DNA of 64,000 bases from Octopus vulgaris (Eukaryota): the NCBI GenBank assembly GCA_951406725.2, contig OX597823.1:43400001-43464000 (forward strand), written 5' to 3'. This document shows positions 1 through 13,010 of this stretch, piece after piece. The notes beneath the pieces were generated by a model that did not search any database, was not told the origin of the DNA, and was given only the letters and a program-made list of their open reading frames with translations. A program made the position numbers and the translations under genes. Numbering within the stretch: position 1 is the first letter of the stretch; the number at the start of each line of letters is the position of its first letter.

Positions 1-979
1 TTAACATATTAGTCTGAAAATAAACAAAAGGATCATGCTTGGAACGACAATTTTATCGATACTTTATTTTCGTCAAGGCTGACCATCAGCTAAAGCTAAT
101 ATATACAAGGCGAGGCTAGGATTGTTGACGCTCTACCACTTGTGGAATTTTGCTGTCCTTGCACGTACAATTTTAGAAGTAGAAATAAATGGATTTTTTG
201 TTCTTTCTTGAGCACTAAGTTTCATAAAGACACTTGCCTGGTTTCCATGCTGTATAAGCGATCAACATCACAAACTTTCGTTAAAGGGGACACCAGACCG
301 TTGCATGGTTCAACTCTAGCAATTCTAAGGGGAGAAGACAAGTCAATTACATCGACTCAAGTACTTGAATGATACTTTATTCTATCGTCTCCAGAGGAAT
401 GGAAGCCAAAGTAATGCTAACGATTTTAATAGCTCATCGCCTTTACATATAAGAACAAAATGCTATAATCTCATTTCATACTTACATAGTTTCCCTTAGA
501 ATTTCTGAGAAAATCTTTAATACATATTAAATACGTCGCCTACTGCTGAGTGTATCTGGTCGTATTTTAGCCGGTCCTGATTATACCGCCTACAAGATGT
601 CGACACTACATAATTGGTACCTTACATTTTTTTTCACCGTTTCATTACCAAAAAATCCAATTCTTCCTTTGACTATATAGCAGTATATTTAATCGGCCCA
701 GTTTATATTCCTTACAGGCAGCTGACCCTAAAGATATCTCTTAACTTTATGGTCAATCTTTCATTTCATTCATCGTTTGATTACAAAAAAAAAATACTCT
801 TCCGAGTTGATGCGTTCCTCTGTCTATTGTAACGCAAGAACCGTTGTATTTGTTCCTTTGAACTTGTTGTAAACCTCCTCCCAATCAAACTTAATGCTAT
901 AAAGTATTTGGTAAGCTGATTGTATGTAGCCTATGTCATTTCAAACGTCTTAGCGGTTGACACGCGTGCCTACTTTTGT

Positions 980-1030
980 ATATCTATATATACATATTTA
1001 CATGCGTATATCTATATACATACATATAAA

Positions 1031-1067
<37 letters not shown>

Positions 1068-1223
1068 CACACATATTCATATGTATATTTATATGTACAT
1101 GTATATATATATATATATGCATATACGTGTATGCAGGTATATATAAGTATTTATATATATAGACATATATATATACACACACACATATATATATATACAT
1201 ATATATACATATATATATACACA

Positions 1224-1275
<52 letters not shown>
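980..1275. repeat. Compound (TA)n/(CA)n microsatellite
   Basis: Direct reading; explains the YI/HT-repeat ORFs at 920-1307. Confidence 0.97.
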
Positions 1276-2677
1276 AACTCACTCACACTTATACCTTCGG
1301 GAGATAAATTCAGTTGGATCTATAACATACACGAAAATAACTTCATTGTCTGTAGTTTCAATATATTCTTTCCTATTGTCACAATTGTTGTAAATTTTCC
1401 CCAGAAATTCAATTATGCTTGTTGTCCACTATAACTTAATTGGAGAGACGTTTGAAGTATTTTACTGAATACTCTTAACCTGATCTCTGTCTGCTGAAAA
1501 CTGTTTGGTTCTTTGGGGTTTTTTTAATTTTATTTTTCGTGTTTTATATTTCATTTTAGCTAGTATATTGTGTTTTAATTTAATGGCTGTGTTTGACATT
1601 TCTAGATATCAAGTCATGATATTTTAAATGCTTGTTACTATGAGTTAATATTCTACAGCACTGATGTGTGTATTAATATGTTAGACATGAGAGCAGAGGA
1701 GACAATAAATGTTATCGCTAAAAAAAAGCGTTAACACCTGTCGGAAGATATGTTTGATATTGAGTTCGATAAAATGTTGTGAAATTTTGAAAATTAGTAA
1801 AATGGCGTTGTTCGTATTTTAGAGAAAATGGTGAATTATTTGTAGCATTTTAGATTGGTAAAGCTGAATACAGAATAATAATGGCGTACATATTTTTAAT
1901 ACATTCCAGCAGATTTCAGAGTGAGTACGCTAATCACTATTGTCTATGGAGAACAACTTGTTTGTTCAAACAATATGCGTTCAGTTCGAGTATGTGAGAT
2001 TTTGACTCATATGCTTTGGGTCACTTGTATGTTTGGCGTCACTGATTCAACGTTGACTTGTTTGACATCAGATGTTTTAATGGTTTTCTCGTTTTAATAT
2101 TTCTCTCGTTTTCATGCTTTTCTCTCCATCCCTTCTTTCCTCTATTTTTCTCTCCCTCTCTTTTATGATATACATGTGAATATATTTCTCTATGTGTCTG
2201 AGGAGAGAGAAATATTTATGTTAGTCATGTTCAATTAATAAATTGTAACGCCTGTTCTCTCTTCTTATCTTTATCGCCCCCTCTCTTCCACTTAAACTTT
2301 CTATGTGTATTTGTACATTTTCTACGCACCCGTTCGTGCAAAAAAAAACTGCTGTCGCCAATACAAGTGAGTGTCCAAATTGTCTGCATCCAAACAGCAG
2401 CGTCAAATCGTCTCATTTCAACTCCTAACACACGTGGTTCATTGAGGTAAGGAGTCTTTCAGACACTGCAGTATCTCTTAATTAAAGTCCCCCTCAGAAC
2501 GATGCTCTTAATAATAATAAAAGATTTTGTTTATAGAAATCAGAAAATAAATGATTCGCTGCTGCTTGCTGATGTCTGCCAAATTGTGAATAAATTGTCT
2601 CGTACTAAGAAAGCACGTACAAGTCATTGTTTTGAATTTTGTTGTTCTGCGTATAAGTGACAATTTGTGAATACAGA

Positions 2678-3062
2678 GGCACAGGGAAGGCTTTATGGTT
2701 AACGAGTTCACGTTGGAACCACGTGGTTTCGTTTTCATTCTCACTGCGCCGCACCTCGGGCAAATGTTTTCTACTATAGCCTGGGCCGACTCAATGCATT
2801 TCAAAGCGAATTTTGTAGGCGGAAACTGTGTAGAAGCCTGTCGTGTGTGTGTGTGTGTGTGTGTGTGAATTTGCGTTTCCACTCCACCACAGGTTTACAA
2901 CCAGCGTTGGTTTGTTTATATCATCGTGACTTAGCGGTTAAACAAAAGAAAACGTGAGAATAAGTACCAGACTTGCAAAAGGTGTCGATTTTTCATCGGC
3001 TAAGCCCTTTTAAGGCAGTGCCCTCGCATGGCCGCCTTCTATTGACTGAAAGAAGCAAAAAA
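2678..3062 (+). mobile_element. tRNA-derived SINE family A, diverged copy
   Basis: Colinear with 6594-7012 (gggcaaatgttttctactatagcctgggccgac, internal (TG)n, gacttagcggtt, gcatggcc...gactgaaa). Confidence 0.8.
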
Positions 3063-3784
3063 ATAAATTCTCTCATAATTTACATTATCACCTTCTTTCC
3101 TGTCTTTTTTTCTTTTTCTATACCAAACTTTTCTTTCAGCCCAATCTATAGGGACAGCTTGAACATATCGGATCCAGTTTGTTTTCTATGAAAATATGTT
3201 GGTCTCTAATTATCTGTAGAAATCAAACAATCTTCTATAGTATATTCACCTTCAGTCACTATAGCAGAATCCTACAGAGCTGTTCAAAAGAATTCAATTA
3301 TATAGCGATCGATATATCAATAAGGATTTATCGATGTATGGTCGAAATTATTATAAAATTATAATCCTAGTAAGATTGACTTTAGCTTATTACTTTCTGG
3401 AGTTCCATAAACTCAGTTACATTTCAACAGTAAAAAGTGGATTGATGTACCAAATTCAATAGCTGTTTGATGTAGTAATTGATTAGGCATTGACTCAAAA
3501 TCGCACCCCGTCACAGGCATCACCTTGATAATCTAAGTATTGAAGTGATTGTCATGATAACTCTAGACACCCCCTCCCTCGCTTAAACTTCAATACACTT
3601 CCAGGAAAATTATTAAGTAAGGCATCAATAAAGGACACTATACTAGGACATATTGATAAGCTGATTATATGAAAAGATTCCAATCTTTAACTGATAGAAA
3701 CATTGAAAGTTTGAAAGTTCAAGCGACATAAGCGAAAATCTGCGGATCTAATAAATTTCATTTAATTAAAGTCATTACAAAATT

Positions 3785-4320
3785 GATGATGATGATATGA
3801 TGATGATGATGATGATGAACGACATGATTATGATCATGATGATGGTGGTAATCTTCAGAGTGACGATGGTGGTGGTGATTGTGTTGGTCGTGGTGAAGGT
3901 GGTGGTGGTGTTCGTCGCCGTAGTCGTGGTATTAGTGGTGATGGTGGTGGTAATGGTATTGATGATGGTGGTCGTCGTAGTTAAGATGATGTCACGACGA
4001 AGACGGTGGAGATTAGGATGATGAAAATGACAATAATGCTGATGGTGTGGTAGTGGAGAGGAGGAGAATAACAATGATAAGGATGAGGAGGTGGTGGTGG
4101 TCGTCGTGGTGATGGTGGTGGTGGTGGTGGTGGTGGTCGTCGTCGTCGTCGTCGTGGTAGCGGTGGTGGTGGTGGTGGTGGTGGTGGTGGTGGTGGTGGT
4201 GGTGGTGGTGGCGGCGGCGTTGGCGGCAGTAGCGGTAGCTGCGACAGTGGCGGTAGCTGCGACAGTGGCGGCAGCAGCGGGAGCGGCGGCGGCGTCGGGG
4301 CGGTGGTGGTGATGGTGGAC

Positions 4321-4362
<42 letters not shown>
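3785..4362. repeat. Compound trinucleotide array (GAT/GGT/CGT/GGC/GCA/GAT)
   Basis: Direct reading; source of the poly-H/T/V/P ORFs. Confidence 0.95.
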
Positions 4363-4364
<2 letters not shown>

Positions 4365-6497
4365 AGTCATTGACACGATGTCCCAAAAGCTGGTTGTGAT
4401 GTGACTCATCACATCAGCGACTTATCAGTGGGGTTGGTCTACTGATATAGTGATGGTAAGTACTGAGAGAGTTGTTATTTTAAATATTTAAAGGTAAGAA
4501 ATACATCACATCGGTTCCCAATAACAAAAATCAAAAAAAAAAAGCAAACCACAATAGTATCACACATTTAGATATACAAACACTGAGTATCCCGATAAAT
4601 ATAAAATATATTTGATTATATTTCAAATTTGGATTTAACATGTTGTATCACTACCAAAAGGAACTACAAAGTATAAAACAAAATCCTTTTAAACAATGAT
4701 AAGGTTTACATCAGACAATGTTTCCACCAACCAGGGAACAGCTGTATAGCATAACAATATAAAGTACATAATATATAACACTGCAGCAAATATTGTTTTC
4801 TCTTCTTTGTCTTGAGTCGGTAAGTGTTATTTCATATTAGCTTTTATCTAGAAACAAAAGTAAATGACTACTATTCCCTTTAAACTTTGCTTTTCTGACT
4901 TGGACATCGATGTTTTGAAACTGACCTATTTTCCATTACATTTCAGATAGATTCAGCGCTGAGTTGCTGAAGCAGAAAAATTGTTATAGCAAATATTCTG
5001 GACAATACCACAGATTTGCTTGTCAAACTGCGGTGGGGGACAAATACAGATACAAAGACACGCATGCACACACAAACACATACATATGTACGCATGCATA
5101 ATACGCGCACACATACACACGCCCACTCACACACACGCACGCAAACACACACATATACACACACATACACACGCGCGCGTGCACACACACATACACACAC
5201 ACATGCACAAGCACACACACACACACACACTAAAACAAACACACACTTATATATATATATATAAATATACAACGGTCTGCCAAATCCACTCACAAGACTC
5301 TGGTCGGCCCGAGGTTATAGTAAAAAGTACTTGCCCCGTGTACCAGGTAGAGGGACTGAACCGAGAAACAAGTGGTTTGAAGCACTTTTTATTAAATATA
5401 TAAAGTACAAATAACACAAAAACGTCCAACAGACTATGAGTCGATAAAAATTTATTGTTCCTGGACGACCGGGTGCCAAATGATATACTGCCCGTTATTG
5501 GTGGTAAGAGACATCCAGTCCTAATGAAATTACAAAAGACTGTGTTGACAAAGCTTGTTTTTATTGTGTCATCATGAAAATCGTTTCACCACCTACCCGT
5601 AAGACGGCTGGGGAGACAGTTGTTATTTCTCCAGTAGTGGTAGATATGGTGTAATAAGTTGCGCAGTAGAGCAAGCTGAAGATATTGAAGACAGAACTTA
5701 TCGAAACTAACGAAATCTCACTCTAGATTATAGTTTGCCATCGTAGATCATACGCAGATTCCGCGAATTCTATCAATTTTAACAGATTTATAGTTGTTAA
5801 GAAAACAAAATAACGATCATAAATTTATTGAAGACACGTTGAAGACGTTACTCAAAGTGTTATCTTTTCTAATACTAATCATAAACTTAATTTAGCCAAA
5901 TAGTACAAACATTGACAGTGTAAATAACCCGTACAATAACACTGTAATGAAATGCACGCAATCCTGGGAACTTCAATACTATTTACAACACATCCCTCAG
6001 TAATCACATGAAATGGACACCTTAACCAACCTCACAACCGAACACTGTGACAAGAAGCTTCAACACAATGCTTACGAATGTAGTGTTTGAATATACTTGT
6101 ATGTATGTACTATTGTTTATGATAGGATATATCCTACGACAGGGAAACGATTAATAGTAGAACACATCTTACGGTAGTGAAACTGGATGAAGTATTTCTG
6201 CTCATCTGTTATGAGCAACAATTCGATTAAAATATCCATCCGTGAACCATATTTCGTGTGCATACCTCTCGAAAAGCCAGATAAACTGCGGCATTCGTCG
6301 GGCAAAAATATATTTTATGGACCTACTGCTTATATGTTGCCATAACGCTCGTTCTTATATAATTTGTCTGAACAATCGGCAACGTCAAATAGCTTCCAGT
6401 TTTTACATGCATAAGCATGGATGAATACGCGCGTGAAAGTGTGTGTGTAAACCACATGCACGCACACAACACAAACATATATATCTATACATATGTA

Positions 6498-7400
6498 TAG
6501 GGTGTCCCAAAAGTCACTGATGTGTTTTAATTTTTAGTAATTTCGTTAACTTTACAAATAAAGCTATGAAATCTTAAAGCAATATAAACGATAGGCGCAG
6601 GAGTGGCTGTGTGGTAAGTAGCTTGCTAACCAGCCACATGGTTCAGGGTTCAGTCCCACTGCGTGGCATCTTGGGCAAGTGTCTTCTGCTATAGCCCCGG
6701 GCCGACCAATGCCTTGTGAGTGGATTTGGTAGACGGAAACTGAAAGAAGCCTGTCGTATATATGTATATATATATATATGTATGTGTGTGTGTTTGTGTG
6801 TCTGTGTTTGTTCCCCTAGCATTGCTTGACAACCGATGCTGGTGTGTTTACGTCCTCGTAACTTAGCGGTTCGGCAAAAAGAGACCGATAGAATAAGTAC
6901 TGGGCTTACAAAAAGAATAAGTCCCGGGGTCGATTTGCTCAACTAAAGGCGGTGCTCCAGCATGGCCGCAGTCAAATGACTGAAACAAGTAAAAGAGTAA
7001 AGAGTAAAAGAGATATAATGGTAATTAATACACACAATTAAAATTTTGCAACGCCTCTACATCACATATAAAAAAAAATGACATCGCTTAAATGGCAGCC
7101 ATTTTCGGCTTCGCCTGATCGTGCTCTTTCCAAAACTTGCACCATAACACCTTCAAGAGTTTCAGATCCCATGTCTCTGATTTCTCTATTGATGTTCTCC
7201 TTCAATTGCACCATGTGAAAGCCCGTTGACATTGCCGTAGCGGGATATTATTCTCTCTCTAAAGCACTGCGTAACAACTACATTGTTTCTCGTGCGGTAT
7301 GAGCAACTGCCCCATTTTGCTGGAAACATTTGAATGGACGGGCGCAAAAAGCTCTCAATCGTAGATACTTGAAAGTAAGGGTTTACGTCAACAAACGGGA
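6498..7400 (-). mobile_element. Tc1/mariner-superfamily transposon relic (3' part), interrupted by a SINE
   Basis: TIR-like end tatagggtgtcccaaaagtcac at about 6496. Minus-strand frameshifted translation FQQNGAVAHTARETM*LLR...ERIISRYGNVN...LKENINREIRDM...AENGCHLSDVIF resembles the FQQDGA-x-AHTA...GxHLxDxIF C-terminus of Tc3/DUF4817-type transposases. Confidence 0.7.
6594..7012 (+). mobile_element. tRNA-derived SINE family A, best-preserved full-length copy (Octopus-type)
   Basis: A box (tggctgtgtggtaag), B box (ggttcagtccc), body ttgggcaagtgtcttctgctatagccccgggccgacc, internal (TA)/(TG) tract, 3' end catggccgcagtcaaatgactgaaacaagt followed by (AAAGAGT)n; many homologues in the window. Confidence 0.92.
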
Positions 7401-7411
7401 AGCATTGTATA

Positions 7412-7563
7412 GGCGTAGCATGACTCTGTGGTAAGAAGCTTGCTTCCCAACCACATGTTTCGGGTTCAGTCCCACTGCGTGGTACCCCAGGCAAGTGTCT
7501 TCTATTATAGCCTCGGGCCAACCAAAATCTTGTGAGTGGATTTGTTAGACGGAAACTGAAAGA
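7412..7563 (+). mobile_element. SINE family A, 5' half
   Basis: Near-identical to 6594-6750. Confidence 0.85.
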
Positions 7564-8136
7564 AAAAGCTTTCTCGGAGCGATAAACATCGATATTTCGT
7601 TCTTGTTTTGACTTATTAATACCACATACAGAACAACGCCCGCTGCAAATCATATTGCTGACTATGACTATATGCTAAATGATTTAGACACCATCTTCTG
7701 GCGTGTTCTATCGTTTCATGCCACGAAAAAAATTCAAATAGGAAGTATATAAACAAAATGGCAGCAGATTTTGGGTGTAAGAGAATATATTCACCGTGCG
7801 CCTAATGTAAAAAGTACCTGAAAGTAACTCACAGTCAAGCGAAAAAATTCACATCGGGTCCTTTGTTTATGTATGTGTGTGTGTGTTTGTTTGTGTGTGT
7901 GTGTGTGTGTGAGTGCATGTCTGCATGTGTGTGAGTGCGCGTGTATGTGTGCGTGTGTGAGTGGGTATGTATCTTTGTATGTATGTTTACCCCGCACTGC
8001 CGCTTGACAACTGGTGAATAAGTACCAGGCTTAAAAACTATGTACTAAGGTCGATTCAATCTACTAAAAATTCAAGTCACTACGTCAGCATGGCCCCAGT
8101 CTGATGACTGAAACAAGAGAACGATAATTATCCGTC

Positions 8137-8243
<107 letters not shown>

Positions 8244-8724
8244 GACGAGCCTGAAAGGATTACAGACAAACACTTTCCTCTCTGGTCAATCTCTCATCTA
8301 CTTCTTCAAGTATCACTTGAAAAGGAAAGTGAGAGTAGGGAGGCAAGTTTTGTCTAGTGAATGTTTTAAAAAAAAGATGGGTGAATGTAGCAAGCATGGC
8401 ACGTATGAATGACGAAGCCACCTTGAGCATGATTCTATGAACGGTAAAAATTTAATACAGAGAGTTACTTATTTGTAAAAAAAAAATGTAACATGTGACT
8501 TCATTGACAGAGATTACCGTGGTCTTTTCCGTTGGCTTTTCTTTCCACGGGTAAACCCAACCTGCCTTCCCATTTACACTTTATATTGACATTTCTGTGA
8601 TAACGATCCCTATTGATCGAAAACAAAGCCCTCTTTTTTTATCCCCAAAAGAAAAGCTTTACCTTGTAATTTGTCCCGTCTGTGTGGAGCCCTGTGTGGA
8701 TAATAAAGAAACATATCTAACTCT

Positions 8725-8767
<43 letters not shown>

Positions 8768-9117
8768 TATCTATTTATAATATAATATACATAGAGAGAC
8801 ATGTTTGCATATGTGTATTTTTACGTGCATACAGGCCATGCATAGATGCATACCCACAGATACGCATATGCAAGCATGCCAATGTGTTTGTGCACTGACT
8901 CTCCTAGTAAGATTTAGCATTGTTCATGTCATTTCACACACGAGTTTATATTTGCGCTAATATAGGATGTCTGTCTACTTACTAATACATAGATACAAAC
9001 ACATACATATATATTATACCGTTGTGCTTGAATATGTTCAAATGTTTAGGTCTATATGCGTATATGTATAACTGTATGATGGCATGTATTCTCACATATA
9101 ATATAAACATAAACACA

Positions 9118-9168
<51 letters not shown>

Positions 9169-9273
9169 GCATGTATGTACGATAGAGAATGAAAGAGAGA
9201 GAGAGAGAAGGAGACACTCCTATACTCTCCCACTGAGTCCGTTCCATCATTTTCTCAAGTACCCTGTTGTTAT

Positions 9274-9481
9274 CTAATTAAACCACACAGTCGCCCACGC
9301 ATGACTCAAGTTGATCAATTCACTTCCAGAAAACGTGATGTGACATGACATGACACAAACGGAAAAGTATTTAACAAAGGGAAGTTTTACCAGGCTGCAA
9401 TGCATTTTGGTATAGCAAAAATAACAAGCTAAGTTATAACGGATCGTTTTAATAAAGATAACAAAAGGAAAATATGGCGGC
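9274..9481. promoter_or_regulatory. Candidate cis-regulatory cluster in repeat-free sequence
   Basis: CTAATTA 9274, AACCACA (RUNX-like) 9281, TGACTCA (AP-1) 9302, ACTTCC (ETS-like) 9322, AACAAAG (Sox-like) 9373, AATATGGCGGC (YY1-like) 9471. These are short motifs, so function is unproven. Confidence 0.3.
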
Positions 9482-9699
9482 CGTTCATACATTAGCATCG
9501 TTATGTTCTTTCTCCTCCTACTCCGGCACCTACCCCCACCATCACTACCGCCATCCTACAAGCCGTAAGGTACGTAACGTTGGCTCTGATCTAATAATCT
9601 CATCTGATCAGTTAGACTCTGCTTGATTACATACCTGACTTCTGTGGAAATTGTCGCCGGCAGCTAGCTAAGGCGTTAATACAATATGTGCGTACTTGC

Positions 9700-9865
9700 A
9701 TTACTACTACTGCTGCTCCTGCCGCTGCTGCTGTTACTGCTGTCGTTGCTACTGCTGCTGTGGCTCCTGCCACTGCTCCTAATGATACTACATCAATACA
9801 CTATTATTATTACTATTAATCCAATGCAACAATAGTAAATTCGGTACTATCTTGTTGTTGTTGTT

Positions 9866-9929
<64 letters not shown>

Positions 9930-9957
9930 CAGTAGCAGCAGTAGTAGTAGTAGTAGT

Positions 9958-10025
<68 letters not shown>

Positions 10026-10071
10026 CAGCAGCAGCAGCAGCAGCAGCGGCAGCAGTAGTAGTAGTAGTAGT

Positions 10072-10143
<72 letters not shown>
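9700..10143. repeat. Trinucleotide arrays: (CTG/CTA)-rich, then alternating (AGT)n/(AGC)n blocks
   Basis: Direct reading; source of the poly-L and poly-T/A ORFs. Confidence 0.95.
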
Positions 10144-10144
<1 letters not shown>

Positions 10145-10503
10145 AACGAAAGAGAAGGTGAAAGGAGGAAATAAGAAAGAGGAGAGCATGAAGGAAAGGT
10201 GGGGGAGGGTGAAGAAAGAGGGAGGAAGGGAAGGGGAAGGGAGGAAGATAAGAGAGGAAGAGAGAAAGTGAGGGAGGGGGAGGGAGGGGCAAGGGTGGAT
10301 GATAGGAAGATAAAGAGGAACGATGAGAATTCAGGGGAGAAGGAAAAGTGAGAGAATGACGGGTGAGGAGGTGGAAGAGGTGGGGAGGAAATGCAGGTGG
10401 AGAAGACGAAGTAGTGACCTGAGGGAGACAAAAACATAGAAAGAGGACAGGGATTTCGATATATGGGTGGGATTGCAGAGTCGAAGAAACGGGATCCGCA
10501 ATG

Positions 10504-10538
<35 letters not shown>

Positions 10539-10591
10539 GAGAGAGAGAGAAACAGATAGACCTTCACAACCACACCGAACATATACATAAT

Positions 10592-10646
<55 letters not shown>

Positions 10647-11198
10647 CAGATATTAAAATAAATATAATACATATTTATATAATGACGAATCCGAAAAACC
10701 GAAACTTCAAAGCCAATGTAACCTTTTTCCGCGAGTGTTATGATAGATGTGCTCTACTAAAAAGTATTGAGCCATTCTACGATTTTGTGTTAAATTGGTT
10801 TTATATATATACTTTTACATACGAACAAAGATTAACATATATGCATACACAAACTTGCCCCACCCACAGACGTGTGTGTGTGTGTTTGCGTGTGGTCGTG
10901 AGTGTCTGCGCGCGTGCGTATGTGTGTGTGTGTGTGTAAAGATGGCGGCAGAGATAAAGAAGAGCAAAAAAATGAGGAAAAGTCAAAGAATATGAAGATT
11001 CCAAAGTAAAGGAAGAGTAAGAAGAGGGGGAGAGAGAGAGAGGCAGACAGACAGATACATAGATACACAGACAAAGAGAGAGAGGGAGAATAGAGATGCA
11101 GTGAGACACAGCGTGAGATAGGTACAATGAAAAGAGAAAGGTACATAAACAGAGAGATATACAGAAAGGGACAGAGGAATAGAAGGAGAGATAGAGAA

Positions 11199-11246
<48 letters not shown>

Positions 11247-11784
11247 GAAGGTAGGGATTGGGTTTCAGGAACGGACAACAATAAAAATAATTTAGAGCTA
11301 TAAAATATATTTTGCCAGCACTGATTGGTTATATTTACACAAGGAAAGGAATTTAGGAAGACATTCTACCTAATGTAATTAACCGCAGTAACTTATTTGT
11401 ACTTATTTTATCGATCATGAAATGGATGAAAGGCAAAACCAACCCCCGATGAGATTTGAATTCATTAACGGAAAACAACATAATTTAACACCGCAAGGTA
11501 TTTAGTCCCTCTCACACACTACTCCTTGTAACTCACTTTAGTTGTTATCTTCATAATGTGTGCGGTGGTGTATGTGTGTGTATGTATGCGCGTAAATATG
11601 TATGTATGTATGTACGTGCGCACGTACGTATGTATGTATATAATATAATAAAAGAAGGGCATTAAAAATGTATAAGCTGGATTCTTAGAAACGAACGTAA
11701 TTAAAGAATTAAAGGATATTCCATAACTTGCACCCATTGACTTAATACACATACACACATACACACACTCACGCTGATAAATAT

Positions 11785-11813
11785 ATGCATACATATATAT
11801 ATGTGTGTGTCTC

Positions 11814-11898
<85 letters not shown>

Positions 11899-11948
11899 AC
11901 ATATATATATATATATATACATGTATACATATATATATATACATATAT

Positions 11949-11985
<37 letters not shown>
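11785..11985. repeat. (TA)n microsatellite with ACATGT interruptions
   Basis: Direct reading. Confidence 0.97.
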
Positions 11986-11987
<2 letters not shown>

Positions 11988-13010
11988 TGCATCTATGTAT
12001 AATTTTTTGCTTGTTTCATTCATTAGACTGTGGCCATGCTGGGGCACAACCTTGAAGAATTTTACTCAAATGAATCGAACACAGTACTTATTGTATTTAA
12101 AAAATAATGCAGTACTGTATCATTTGTAAAGAAAGATACTTCTCGTCTATCTAAATATATGAAGGCTACCAAATAAACTATGTTTTTGGCACAACAACTC
12201 ATTTTACTTCTAAAATAACCTCGGAAACGAGGTCGGGTCGCACAATTTTGAGGTCATTTTCGGGCAATATTTTGATTTCTGTAAAATTCTACCTAGATAA
12301 ACGACTATGAAAATGTACACATAAATATTGTATCAAAATAAATGACAACCAGAAAGATTTCATTGAAAGACATCCGTTTCTCAATATGTTGAGGAAATAC
12401 AGTCACCCACTCTCTATTTCACATGCATACGCACACATATATCCAAAAAGTATACGTATATGTAATTATGTACGAGCATATGAAAGATAATGTGTGTGTG
12501 TGGCAGAGAGACAGAGTGAGCGATTGAGTTCCACTTACACATACGTGCAATAAAATACAGACATTCCAACACACACCTTCACTCATCCACTCTCTCACAC
12601 TCTCTCTCTTTCTCTCTCTCTCTCTCTCTTTCTTTCTCTCTCCCTCTCACGCACAAGCACATACGCACACACACACGTCTATTTCATGTACACGTACATA
12701 CATCTTTCACTTTCTCGCTCTCAGTTTCCGTTCTCACTTCAAAGCAAATGCCGCCTTTTCACTTTCGTTTCTCTTTCAATTTATGTTGTCTTCAAAGCAT
12801 AAACAAATAAAAATATTTTATGGAAATTAATGAACAATCATATGATCCATTATGATCGACCATATGATCAAACAGACAATATTGTTGCTTCAAACGAAAG
12901 AATGCCATAAAATATATTCCTTTGGCACACACACTCACACACACACACTCTAGGTAAAACCGCTGCGCGAATTTCTATTTCTTATTGTATTGCGCACGCA
13001 AAATTATAGC

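Noticed and set aside
1746-1761. AGATATGTTTGATATT, matching the 5' part of mature miR-190
   Set aside because: The 3' end diverges and there is no complementary star arm nearby, so no pre-miRNA hairpin forms.
3775-4412. Long His/Thr/Ala/Pro-rich ORFs
   Set aside because: Open in several frames on both strands because they are trinucleotide arrays; no domain or exon support.
6594-6670. tRNA gene
   Set aside because: A and B boxes are present, but the sequence continues into a SINE body and I see no full cloverleaf; the same applies to the other SINE heads.
8595-8625. HHR-like gtgataa-cgatc-cctatt-gatc-gaaa
   Set aside because: The first core box is broken and there is no stem III or NUH.
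9816-10619. 267-aa ORF (longest in the track) and a minus-strand acceptor-like site near 10420
   Set aside because: Translation of (CT)n, polypyrimidine and (CTA/CTG)n tracts; acceptor-like sites are expected by chance in such sequence.
12148-13010. Possible non-autonomous Helitron (start tctaaatatatgaagg)
   Set aside because: No hairpin-CTAG 3' end could be found.
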